DNA of 64,000 nucleotides from Amphiscolops sp. MND2022 (lineage: Eukaryota), in contig OZ076414.1 of assembly GCA_964187785.1 (NCBI GenBank), positions 6,324,001 to 6,388,000 of the forward strand, in the 5' to 3' direction. Both the position numbers and the translations under genes were made by a program. Below, piece by piece: positions 1 to 12,703 of this stretch. The notes beneath the pieces are model-generated. The model was given only the letters and a program-made list of their open reading frames with translations, was not told where the DNA came from and made no database searches. How positions within the stretch are numbered: the stretch's first letter is position 1; each line of letters opens with the position of its first letter.

Positions 1-3000
1 CAACCCTTACCGTAATTCGACGAATGCTCAAAACTATTCATAGCCCCGGCGATAACAACTGCCAGAGACAAAAAGGTGGCAATAAAGATCGCCAACACAA
101 CGGATGTTCCTTATACAATGGCTGCAGACACCAAGATAGCCGACTTGCAAATCCTAAAACTAGAAGAAACGAAATTGATCCGCCTAGTTGCCATAGCTGC
201 ACTCAACCTTCTCACAGAACATGACGATGTAGCAACGTACATTAACGCACTAATGCAAGTAGAGCGAGCCGAAAACAATGAAGAAGAAATCCGGTTCCCA
301 ACCCCAGAAAATCCTGGAAATGAGCTAGAACACTCGCCCATCCAGAAGAGAACCCTAAAAGAACTACGAGCACTGGCCGACCTTGAAAATCTTGACCCTA
401 CTGCAAATGAAGAATCACGCAACAAAATTTTCTCAATCTTCAAATGGACAGTTTCACTAATTACGGAAAAGGACAGGACCGTGACAGACTAGAAGGCACA
501 ATTGTTGAATTCAATGACATTTTTGCTCGCCACCGACTAGATTTCGGAATGAATACGCAATTCAAAGTTAGTCTAACCCCCAAGACGACGAACCGGTATA
601 CAGACAGAGCCTACCAGTCCCAATTCGACTCAAGGAAGACCTAACAGTGGAACTGGCCTTCATGGATAGTGCGGCATAATCACGACACTTCCAGTCTCCA
701 GTATGCCAGCCCTATCTTCGCACAACGAAAACCCAACGGCAAGCTGAGACTATTGGTGGATCTGCGCAAGATCAACGCACTCATCGCAGACGACTACATC
801 AACAACAACCACCCTGTCAGCACCCTCTCAGATGCGACACAGCACCTAGCAGGGGAAAAATTGTTCTGCAAACTCGACTGCTCCCAGGAGTACCACTGTT
901 TACAAATGGCAGATCAAAGGTCAGTAGAGTTACTTGCTTTTATCCTCGCTAGTAGGACGTTTGCCTATCGCTGCCTGGCACAAGGACTAATTAGAGCCCT
1001 ATCAGCCTTTTCGAGCTTCATGCGTGAGTACCTGGACTCGGTCATCAATGCATATCAATGCGCACAATATGTCGACGATATTGTGCGCATTGCCACAAAC
1101 ACAACAGAACAACTAATTAGGAACAACAGAGCAGTTTTCAAGTGCATCAGAGAAGCAGGGTTAAAGCTAACCATCGAAAATTAACTTTTTTGGGTCACCT
1201 AAATCGAATTTTTGGGAAGAACCATCACCCCTGACGGAGTAGCCCCGCAAGATCAAAAAGTCAAAAACTTTCTCTCCAAGGTCCACTTCCCCAAGTCCAA
1301 AATACAAGTTCAAAAACATATTGGCTTCGTCAACTACTATCGCAACTACATACCCCGACCGTCAGAAAAACTTATCGGTATGTACGACTTCCTCCAAGCT
1401 GACTCAAAAATCAGAATTTCGGAAGAACTTGTAGACAACTTTAAAGAAATCAACGCTAGCCTGTCGGAAGCTTGTGGACTCGCACTCAGACAACCCATAG
1501 CAGGGAAACAGTACGTCCTAATGACGGATGCCAGCTTCCGCGCATCTGGATCTGCCCTCATGATTGAAGAAAAAGACGAACGCAAAGTGCACTCCAAAAG
1601 AAAAACTTTTGCACCCGTAGCGTTTGGATCACGTGTTTTCTCGCCAACACAGCTAAAGATGTCAATATAATGCAAAGAATTTTTGGCAACCTATCACGCT
1701 TTCCTAGAGTAGAGCCACATCCTATGGGAGACAACAATACCGACACTAGTCCTAACCGATAATCGCTCAGTGACAAGATTCTTCCAAACAAAGACAACGC
1801 CGCCTGCACTATGGAATGCCTGTGACTACGTGCTCCAATTTAAATTCCGGATCATGCACGTAGCACGCTCCCAGAACACAGCAGCAGATTTCCTCTCAAG
1901 ACTAGAACTCACTTCAAAAGAAAAGGTACAACTGAAGCTAAGGGACGATATCCTAGCGTCACCAATCGAAGTCAATTTACAATCGTCAGAGGTAGCGGAC
2001 GAAGAACAACTTTTCTTCCTCACGGATGAAGAAGAAGATTCTAAACACAAAATATTTGCCAGGAAATCACTCAGCAAGCAACGTGGCATAAACGACTACG
2101 AAAAAGATTTGTCAACAAAAGTAACTGAGACCGTCAAATTACCACTCAATTCTGCAGTTTACTCTTTCGGAGCAATCAAGGAAAATGCAAGGATCAGAAA
2201 TGAGCAAGATGCGGATCCTCTCCTTAAAGCATTGAAACTACGGATATCACAGGAAGAAAATGACAAGCACCTCCTAAAAACTGAACCAAGAGGACGAAAT
2301 CTACTACGACACGGAGAAAGAATCATAATGAAAGATGGAGTCCTAATGCGAAAGTACTACGGAGAAGACGGGTCAGTCACGCATAACCAAGTCATAATCC
2401 CGAAACACCTAGTTCCAGAGCTCTTGCCCACACTGCACGGAAAATAAACACACATCAAGCAATTACCAAAATTATAAAAGAATGCAGAGCGAAATACTAC
2501 TTTCCAGGTCTTGCACGCAAAATCAGAGCCTGGGTAACCAGCTGCCCAGACTGTATTGCCAACAAACGAATCGACAAGAGACAAAAACTCCCCAAGATGC
2601 TGAGCAACACTGAATTTACTATACGACCAGAAGACTGTGTGGAAGTGGACATACTACCGAATCTGCCTTCATCAAATGGCTATCAACACGTCGTCACGAT
2701 GATGGACGTCTTCTCACGTTACCTTTTGCCTACCCGACACAAGACATGACAACAAAAACCGTGGCACGATGTATAATCGATGTAATGACACGACACTGAT
2801 ACCAACCAACCGTCATCTTAACGGACAAAGGGTCACGGTTCAGATCGGAGGTAGTCAGTCAAATAGCTCAAACACTCGACATACGGATAAACCACGCATC
2901 GACGAAACATGCCCAAACAATTGGCATACTAGAAAGGTTTAACGTCGCCCTAAAAATTTCCCTCAAAAAATCAACGGTAGAGAGACGTTCAATGTGGCAC

Positions 3001-3975
3001 AAATATGTCCAAATCGCAGTCATGAACTACAACACAAGCTATCATGAGAGCTTGGTCTCTGAACCTACAACAGTGTTTCACGGACGCTTTCTGTACGATA
3101 TCCAAGACATCAAACTTGGATTAAAGTCAGTATGGAAAAAAGACAACAACGAAGAACTAACGGTCGAACTGCAAAAACAAATCGCTGAAATACATCAAGC
3201 TGCTAAAACAACCTGATGCAATCCTATCTCAAGTACAAACAGTACTGCGACGCGACAAGAAGGCGACCGCCACACCACTCAAAGTCAACGACTACTGCTA
3301 CGTTCTGAATCCGAAAGCGGACAACCAGTCGATGAAATTTGCTTTCAAAGATTTCATTTGGACTGGCCCTTATGTGGTAGTCAAAGTCCTCTCGAACAAC
3401 AACTACGTCGTACGTCGAACGGGCACATGATAAACGCAAACCCTCCATAGAATTTGCCTAAGGCTATATTCGCCCAATCTGTGAGTACCTGACGAAACAG
3501 TCAGAAGGGAAGATTACCTTCCAGATCCAGAGGTTAAAACAGCCCACAATGATTGGTACGCGCAAGCTTGGGAAACCGAATTCGGAGAAGTTTTGCCCGG
3601 AAACACAACGGAAAATACAACAGAAGAAGCCTCAGTTACAGAAATTGCGGACAATATAGGAGATCACGCAACTACAACGGGTAATGAGGTAAAACAGTCA
3701 GAGTCGAATTTTCTGATGGGGATAAAACATCCTCCGACACTGTTACGTCATTCAATCTGGACGTCAGTGATAATCCCTATTTTTTGACTCCACCGCCTAT
3801 ACGAGGCCCCCCCCCCCCAAAAAAAACTTCTGAACAACCCCCTATAGTTGTTGGATACACTCCTAGGAAAGTAGGAATATACAACTTGCGACCTAATCCG
3901 AGACCTAATGTAAACCCTGACTTCAGAATGCTCGACTCAGTTACTACACAAGACGCACGTAAAACTCAGCAATAA
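1..3975 (+). pseudogene. pol: Gypsy pol (protease-RT linker, RT, RNase H, integrase, C-terminal tail), frameshifted
   Basis: RT motifs LLVDLRKIN, LDCSQEYH, YVDD (669-1184). RNase H TDAS...VAFGSR (1212-1670) and NTAADFLSR. Integrase VDILPNLP..DVFSRY, TDKG, GILERFN (~2620-2950). YNLRPNP tail near 3880. Confidence 0.93.
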
Positions 3976-4326
3976 ATGAAACGAACCAGTAAACCAAACC
4001 GAACCGGAGCGGCTTCGTTAATTTTCTAAAACTATACAGTCAAAACAAATAATACGGACTACAAGCGTGCCCCAAAGAAACATGACAGATCATGAAATAT
4101 TAAATACAAATAACAATCATAATCAAGGGAATCAAATCATCAACACTTCTTAGAGGTTTTTTTTAATTTATGAACAACATCAGGATCTTTTTCTTTGCTG
4201 GAATCTCTTGTTCGACCCTTCTTTTTGCCTTTCGGCTTCTTAGGAGCACCAGACTGCTGAACATTCTTACTGACAGTTTTTGATAAAGAAGCGACAACGC
4301 GGGACGTTGAACCCCCCCCCCCTTCT

Positions 4327-5322
4327 TTAGTCTTTTTTGGAAACAAAACTCACGTTACTTCTCGTCTCCGGCCCGGAAGCCCCCACGTTGGCACGAGCAA
4401 GCCTCCTAGTTTTATCGCACTGCACATAATATGCCTCGGAAGATTCGCGACGTTGCAGCAAGAACGCACTGTATAGCCGCTGATAGTTAGCAACAAAGGA
4501 ATCCACAGCAGGGTCACAATAATGTTTCCAGACTTTAAACCCAGGAGTAACGTAAAATACGCCAGCATCCACAATAGCATCACGGACAATACCATCATCT
4601 AGAGTCAAATCAGTGAAGAATAACTGGTGTTCATACCTCGCACTCATCACGTAGGACTTCACTAATCGTAGACAGCACTGGTAAATAGCTTCACTCAAAG
4701 AATTCCCACTCAGATCAAAAAACACTGCAGGATAAGTTATACGAGGCAAATCAATGATGAGGCAACACAACTTCAATTCACGGCAAGGTTCCGGACGGGC
4801 AGTAAAAGTAAAATCACGGAGCAGGTATTGGACAATATCCGGAACCTCACTGGCATTAACATCTGAGCCCACGTGCTGCATTCGCTTCTCCACAACGTAA
4901 TTACTGAACTGCGCAACAGCGACATTTGACTCATAAGAAAATAACACCCCACACGTAGCCAACAACTTTGTGAAATCAGCAAACAATGAGAAGACTGCAT
5001 GCTCGACACCCTCCAACAGAATCTCAGGACTGAACCTACAAAGCCCCTTCGTAACTTTCGACGACACACTGGGATTGTTCAGCACAACTGTAACCAACTG
5101 GTCCGAAAAGACACGGCAGTGAGCGCGAAATTCCTGGCCTGCAGTCGTTTTCAACGCAAGTAACTCGCGCCCAAAATCACAGTTATCCAAGAAAGTAACC
5201 ATTGCAACAGCAGGATAGACAGAATCTTTCAACACATCCATGTAGTCCTCCCAATCATGGATACCAGGCAGCGATGACGGTACGCGAGTTTTCAGCAGAG
5301 TTTTCAGTATACAAAAGGACAT
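4327..5322 (-). CDS. Antisense accessory protein of element 1, unknown function (331 aa; probably continued by the basic 4140-4346 segment after a frameshift)
   Basis: Open 331-codon frame with globular composition, lying downstream of and opposite to pol. Confidence 0.7.
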   Translation of the reverse strand: MSFCILKTLLKTRVPSSLPGIHDWEDYMDVLKDSVYPAVAMVTFLDNCDFGRELLALKTTAGQEFRAHCRVFSDQLVTVVLNNPSVSSKVTKGLCRFSPEILLEGVEHAVFSLFADFTKLLATCGVLFSYESNVAVAQFSNYVVEKRMQHVGSDVNASEVPDIVQYLLRDFTFTARPEPCRELKLCCLIIDLPRITYPAVFFDLSGNSLSEAIYQCCLRLVKSYVMSARYEHQLFFTDLTLDDGIVRDAIVDAGVFYVTPGFKVWKHYCDPAVDSFVANYQRLYSAFLLQRRESSEAYYVQCDKTRRLARANVGASGPETRSNVSFVSKKD

Positions 5323-8099
5323 ATCTCACTGTATCCTTGAAACCCGTAATCACTCCGCTGCTGACGCATCTTCCCGAAATTGAAATGAACTAAAACAACA
5401 TCGAAATCACAGAACGAAAAGAAGAGCCACGCTAATATCACAACAGAAACGCAATCCAAGCACTACGAACATTAATCGAACCAAACAGAAGCAAGCACGA
5501 ATAACCAAAATATCATACTTACAAGTATCAAGGACAAACCACAGCAGGCCAAAACGCTGCACGATCATATTATTGGCAATTAAATGCCAATCTGTCACCA
5601 ACATCTAGAGAAAACACACACACATATATAGCGAGAACGTCCACACCCGTTGAAGTATACACTGTGACTAGTTCTAAAACAAACAATAGTCGTTACAACA
5701 GGACTCAAACTTAACTCAATTTCACAGCGAGAGTTGAATATAGAGTCAGTTCAATTTTAAAATTCAGGTTATTTGACTTCCAGTTTTGTTGAAGTTTAAC
5801 TCGAGGTACGGAGGTTTTTTAAGAGGTTACGACTGTTATCAGAGTGTTTTTCTCAGGAATCGCTCTACAGTTTATCTGTGTTGATATCGTTTTAGCAAAA
5901 ACGTTCTCCGTCTCAGGATCGGAGTCTTCTACTTCTACCTTCTGGGTTTTTTCGTAGCTGGCGCTATTAGTGTTCTGCATTTGTTTTTGGTTCTCGACTA
6001 CAATTTTAGTGAGGTCAGACAGGATTTCAGGATTAGACAGGACTCCTGATAGACATTTTGATCTCGTCTAGATTTTCAGGATGAATTCTAGGTAATGTGC
6101 TCGGACCTGCTACGAGACCTTCGACAAATTATTCTGAGCTATTGGAGTTTCTAGGCTTTTTGACTTAAAATTTTACATGATTTTTCCTATTCAAACTTTC
6201 CTATGTATCATAAAAATCTAGTTTGTTCACCAAAAAGCCCTGTTGATATATATCATTTCAGTCCTGCGTCCCAAATTCAGGTATCAAAATTCCTAGTGGC
6301 GGCACTCATTCGGCACACCTTTGTTGAAACGTTATTGTTCATGTAAAAACACTTCTTGTTTGGACTATAAAAAGGCGGCAAAATAAAAGTCTTCTTAACA
6401 TTTTCATCGACGAGAGCACGCCGTCATGAACAATTATTCAATTTACCAGTTGGGAGTTTTAAAAAGATTAGGTACAAAAAGATGACTAGCAAAAAGGGTC
6501 ATGCAAGTAGAACGGAGCGAGTAATACTAGTTATCGAAAACACTGAATTATTAATGGAAAGGAACATATGATGCTCGAAGAACACAGTGTTTAAATACAT
6601 GACTTACTTGTCAATACACTTTTTTGTAGTTGTACACTTTTTTATTGAAAACATTAACGTAAATTCAGGTACAACGTGAGCTTAACGGGAATAACTCAAT
6701 GTTACAAACAGAACAGCATCAAAATAAAAAGCACAGTTAGAATTAGTGATTGAGAAGATGATTCAACGTAATAGTTTCAAATTTCGACTTGAGAACTGTA
6801 GAAAGTTATGTGAGCAAAATCTTAGAGTTAACAATTTTGTAGTATCATTGATGCAAATTGTGGAAGGATCAACGTATTATGAACAGAGAGGTAAGAGTAG
6901 ACCTTGTGGTAATTAGCGCATTTCATTCAGGTGGTAAAATTCAAGATTGTTATGCTTAGTATTGACAACGATGACCTTGCGTTATATTCCTCAGAATACT
7001 TTCTAGATGCTTCTAAAACATTGTCTCGAAACATACTTTTGTGATTTGCGATAGACAACTGATTTAATCAATGTGAGGTCATCGTATTTTGTAGTCAAAA
7101 CTCAATCATCCTTAGTGTAAAGATTAATCCTACAATTGACCTTACAGCACAACTTTTGTTGAACAAGATCACGTTTGGAAAACTTTTATATCTCATTTTT
7201 TTCTGAGACAAAATTCCTACTAAATTACGTTTACAACCTTAATTTTATGGCTACAGTTTTACAATCGCTCCGTAGCATCTCCCTGTGTATTCATATTAAC
7301 TATAGCTGACCAGCGGTTGATGGAGGCATTACATTGAGCAGCGGAGTGCATTTTCACAATTTAGCTAGTGACGTGACAAAATCGTTGTTATTGGCTTGAG
7401 CACAAATCTCTCAACCGAGAAGTGAAGCTTTTGGTCCGTTAAGTTGTCATTATAAGGTATCAATTAAAATACTTATTTTGTTGGGATGATTACTTGTATT
7501 TTAGACATATATTTTGAAACCGGGATGCGAAGTACTTTCTGAAGACTCTAATAGAGGTGCAAAGTTAGGTCTTTAGAAAGTGGTGCAATTTGATGAAAAC
7601 TTTATTAGAGTTGTAAAGGATTATAAATCAGATAAGTGCTCTACAGTATAAAGTATGATATCGTATATAAATTCGATACAGCTAAATTCATGATACAGAA
7701 TTCAAGTCTAGACATTCAATAAAAGGGTGGCGGTGTAATGACCGAATATAAAAGTTTAGGCCTATCATCCGACCGGGTGTTGACAAATTTTGAAATTGAC
7801 TTTCAGCAAACTGCATACTTATGAAGAGGGGGCAATTAATTGTACGAATGAATATCTGAGTTTCATTAAACATGTCGAGTCGGGTTTAATATAATGAAAG
7901 AGTTGGCTTTGAAGTTTGGAAGAGTTAAAGAGGATAGAAAAAGATTTTTAATTGCATTTCTGAACTAGAACTCAACATTGAGTTGTATGTTGAGTTTTCA
8001 TCAATTTGTATTTAGTCACTCTTTCCGTAAGTGACTCTCGGCGAACATGCAATTTTTAGCTTGAATCTGGTTGAAAGAACGGAGTTGAGTGTTCAAATT

Positions 8100-10300
8100 C
8101 TATACTAAGACAGAGTGAGGTTCAAACAAGTATATGGATTTGAGTAATTTTTGTTCAATTTTTGTTTTGTTTTCTAAAGAAAGAGTTTTTGTTGGGAAGA
8201 ACGAGTTTTTTTGAAAAAAATCAATAACATGAATTGTGGAGAGTGTCAAGGTTTGAATATCACTGCTATGTAGCTGGAGAAGCTTTTGAAGATTGCGATA
8301 CGTGTCGAAAATATAGTTTAGAATGACAAAGGGATCAGTAGTGGGAGAAAGATCAACATGTGGGCGAAGAAGATATAAAATTTCAGTGACAAACTTTCCA
8401 GTTGGACAAGAACGGAGTTGATGCACACCTTAGGATTGACCGTTTGTAGGCCATATGGAGAAGGAGGTCGTTGAATGAAAACAGGCGGAGGTACGGTTGT
8501 CAGTTCAAAATTTTTAGATGATGGAACAGTTTCAGGAAGAGCTTTGTTCTTTCAATCGGGAATATCATTGGTAGCAGGGAAATATTTCTATTGTTTTTTT
8601 CAAAACGAAGTAGAAAGTGTAGCGACTATAAAGTTTAATTGTGCAATGGAGTGTTTATGTACAAGGGAGGTAAAGTTGGAGCAAATGTAGTCATCAAGAG
8701 GAGAATCGACCAGTTTATTCATTTTGCAACACGGGCAGAAAATTGCAACACTATTAGGAACATGAGTGGGTAATAAGAAATCGTCCTTTCAATTTAGAGC
8801 TTCTTGAGGAACAAAAAGAGGACGGGTAGAGTTGTGATACGGAGCGAGGATATAATGATGTTTAACTGGTTCATAACTACGAGGTATGCCATTGGTGTAG
8901 AGATGATTCAAATAGTTGTGAGAATGATAAAAGAAAAGTGACCTGAATTTTTGATTTTGAAAGATAAATTTGGGGTGTTTTTGTTCAAGGAAGTGATGGT
9001 AAGTTTGGTGATGATGTTTTTAACCAGAAGGAGCAGTAGTAATACCGTTTGGGTTAGTGTTAAGTACATATTGAGTTGGTTTTGTGAAAATAAATTGGAA
9101 ATGAGAAAAGTGGATACGTTTGTTTTGCCAAAAGGCGAGATTTTTTTAGTGTTAGGAGGCGTAGGCAACATAATGAACGAAGTTACGATATTGTAGAAAT
9201 CTGAATTTTTATGTGATTGTGATTTCTTAGTGTTATAAATAGAGAAGGAAAATAAGCTTTTAAATTCGCATGAGTGCGGAAGAATTCATCAGTCATAGTA
9301 ATAGTTTGAGAAGGATTTATTACAGGCTGGAGTACAAGAGGTAGATTACTGGAGTCAATGAAAACAGTATTTTCAAGACAAATCTTAGGAGGGACAGTGT
9401 AGGTGACATTATCAATAGTTACTTGACGATTAGTAGGCGGAGGAGTGAGCGAATGACGAGTTTCAAGAATACAAGAGGTGGATTGAGCATGTACAATGGA
9501 AGTATGGGTGGAAGAGGAAGTTTAAATATCACTTATCGTAGGTTCAGGAGTGGAGATGATTTCCAGATAAACTGGAGCAGAATTATGAGAAAGTTCAAGA
9601 GTAAAAAGATGGAGAGAAAGAGGTGGTGACGCAGAGGCAATACTAGAGGGAAGTTTTTACATTGCAAGCAGGTGAAGCCATTTTCAAACAAAGATAGCAG
9701 TTGAAATATTGTGAGAAAACGTATAGTTTACACAATTTTTTTAATGAATTGTATGGAGTGTTATAGTGAAGTTGGACTGTGAAAAGTGAAATTATACAAG
9801 TCAGTCGAAGGGGTTATAGTGGCATGAAGTATAGGTGATCAAAAAATAATAGATCTTTGATAGCAAGACATGTTGAAAATAAAAATAGTACAAAGATGAA
9901 TAAATTTTTTGCGAAATGAATATTTGAGAATTGAAATCGAGTTTGGCGGTAATGAAGGAGCAACTGAGAGATGAAAAAATCTGGAGAAAAGTGATGAAGT
10001 TTACAGAAGAAAGAGACTTAAGTTTATTCAGGTGAAAAGCGACAGGATGAAAAACTAATAACGAGACCTTCGGGTTGATTAAATATACTATTGACAGATG
10101 ATAATGGAAAGTAAATAATTTTCATAGATTGTGGAGTAGGAGGATAATGTTTTGTTGATTGTCATACATTGTGTATGGGCGAATTATTGGAGGATTAGTC
10201 AAAATTAGTGTCATCAGGAGAAATAAAAATATGAAAATAAAAAGGAAAAGACATTGAAGGTATTGGGGATGACGAGGAGAAAGGTTATTAGGAGAGTTGT
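8100..10300 (-). pseudogene. Fourth ORF downstream of env, unknown function (~700 codons, decayed)
   Basis: Chain of minus-strand protein-like segments joined by stops and frameshifts, ending ...PTTDPFVILNYIF...FEPHSVLV at 8100. The start is approximate. Confidence 0.55.
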
Positions 10301-10419
10301 TGTAAGAATTATAAATCGGAGGAGGGTGTGAATTGTTTTCAATTAACTGAGGAGTTGTAGTATAAGGGTAAGATTGAAAACTATTAGTAACGAAGAAGTT
10401 TTCTTGATGAAGACCTTTG

Positions 10420-12703
10420 CATGTTTTTTTTTAGTTTTAAGATTCAAAAATTTGGATTTAAAATTAAGATTATATTCAATATTTTTAGAATGTTTCAACT
10501 TCGGGTTGACAGTATATTTAGAATGAGGAGGCGAAGGTGTATCAGAAGCATTAGAATCAGAATTATAATCAAGAGATTTAATCATAGCAGTCATCAATGT
10601 TTTTGTTACGCTTCCAAAAAATCCGTAGCCAAGAGCATAAATGAGGGAGAATAATTTTTCTTTTAGAATTTTTTTAACTGTGAAAGAGCGATATAAACAA
10701 AGGAAGGTGTTGAAAGCAAACTGTAGGAAGAAAGCAGTGGAAAAAAATTTCACATTAGGTTAAAAAACAACATGGGTAGCCAACGAGTTTATTGAAAGCA
10801 TCGGTGAATCATTCCGGTGTAAGAAAGGGAGTTAAGTTTAACATGTAGTCATGAAAACAGACTTGACGAGAGTTGTAGGGTTCATTTGGGAGGAGTTCAG
10901 ATGATTGTTTACTCATCAATTCATAACTAAGAGCCTTACCAAGAAGTTTTAGGGAATTATCAGAATGTTTGGTCAAGAGAACACAATTCCAAAAATTTTT
11001 GAGATCTCTTTGAGAATAAACTTCTGCATCTCGAGCAGTGAAAGTGTTTGGGCTAATAGCGGTTTGAACTTGAGTGGGTTCAAAGATTAGAGGAGGGTCC
11101 TTTTTATTAGGTTGTGGAGTTGAGACATAATACTGATCGGTGTCAGGGTCAAGAGCAATAACATTATGTGGGTTGGTTTGGCATGGTATTTGATTAGCAT
11201 ATTCAAATGTTTGACGAGTAATAGGGTCAACACACATAACAAAATCAAGGTATTTAACAAGGATTCTGGCATACCATTGTTCAGCTATACATAAAGGAAT
11301 GTGATGGTGAGGACAACCATAAAGCCACGCAGTTGAGCCTTCGACGTAATGAGAATTGTTATAGTTTTGAGTTAAGTGAAAACCAGCGACTTTTGGATTA
11401 TTAACAGATATTGCAAAACTTCACAAATAGCATGGAGGGTGTTAAGTTCCGCAACTGACATTGTTTTGAAAACATGATGAATGAAGAAGTCTATTTTAGT
11501 ATTTATATGAGCTTCACAATCATTAGTGGCAAAATTGTTGAAGGAGTTAAAGCAGGAAAAAGGATTTTATTTTGCGTATGAATTAATTTACCAGAAAATA
11601 ATTGGGTGGAGAGTTGAGTATATGGTTCATCTTCAGGTAATTGAAGGGGGTTACGATTACCAGTATGCGTATTAAATCCTTCTGTATATGTAAAAAAGAG
11701 ATCAGGGTTTTGACTGGTACATAAAGGTGTGGGTTTATTTATTTTACGTCCGAGGAACATTTCGAAACGACTTCAAACGAGTTGAGTTTTAGATTTAGAG
11801 TCATGATAAATAGTTTCAGGAGGAACATTGGTTTTATTGTTATTTGAAAAGTGTTCGTTTTTGAGCCAATAACGGTTATTAACATTAGACATACGTCCAA
11901 TAAAGAAAGAATAAAAGAGTCCTTCGGAGAACCAGACAATGGTGAATGGGATAGAATAGCAGGTTTGAAGAGACCTTAATCATGGCGGCAAGGTAAAGTG
12001 TGTCCATGATAAAATAATTTAATCTCCTTGTCATCATAGGCTAATTCCATATCTCGAACAAATAAAGACCAACTATAGTTTTCAACTATATACTCATGTA
12101 CTCATAGCAGTCCCAACAAACAGCTTTTAAAACAATTTGAGAGTTTGTTTTTTAAGCAAAACCACAATAGTGAAAATTGTTGAGTTTAGTTATACGGGAA
12201 GTTGTTTGGTTTCAAGGAGGCGTCGTTTTTGAATATCATCAAAAGAATTGAAGGAGTTGCTATATTCAAAAGCATTAGATTGAGGATTATCAGTTCCCTT
12301 CTGGTGACGAATAGCATATTTGCATTCCGTTGGGTCCAAAGAACGAGGACGTTCCATTGTATTTTGATGATAATCTGTACGATCATGACGATGGTATTTA
12401 TAACCGGATTGTGCACAACCAAAACTTTTACGTTCAACATAAGCTTCACGGACAAACACTTTAGCAAAAGCACGAGTGCTTTCTAAAGTAGAAGGAGCTT
12501 TAGCACAAGGTTTTACTCGAGTTACACTCAATTAACGGAGGATATGATGTTTAGTGCATTCATAGTGGAAATCCAGTAGGTCAGAAATGTGAGATTCTTT
12601 GGGTTCTACTATATCAGCAGGGGAGTCCAGGGAAATAATGATGAGAGTGAAATATTTCAGAAGGAAGAAAAAAAAGAAAAAGGAGTTTGGATGAATGTTT
12701 CAT
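10420..12703 (-). pseudogene. env: Envelope glycoprotein, probably class III (herpes gB / chuvirus G-like)
   Basis: Signal-peptide-like MKHSSKLLFFFFFLLKYFTLIIIS at 12703. Cys-spaced ectodomain (FHYEC, RVKPC, GCAQSGY, LDPTEC, GSTAWLYGCPH, VDPITRQTFEYANQIPC). Hydrophobic TM region at ~10680-10790. Confidence 0.8.

Larger units (their letters stand above)
1..5700 (+). mobile_element. Ty3/Gypsy LTR retrotransposon, decayed, 5' part outside window (element 1)
   Basis: Domain order RT-RNase H-integrase on +, followed by an antisense ORF. The right boundary is approximate; no LTR pair could be defined. Confidence 0.9.

Noticed and set aside
5760-6250. Possible pre-gag fragment of another minus-strand element (PENLDEIK..EILSDLTKIVVENQK)
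   Set aside because: Short, broken and without diagnostic motifs; not enough support for a feature call.
6740-7125. Recurring TTAGT-like words in element B as a remnant of the hairpin array
   Set aside because: Too degenerate in AT-rich sequence and no stems recognisable by eye.
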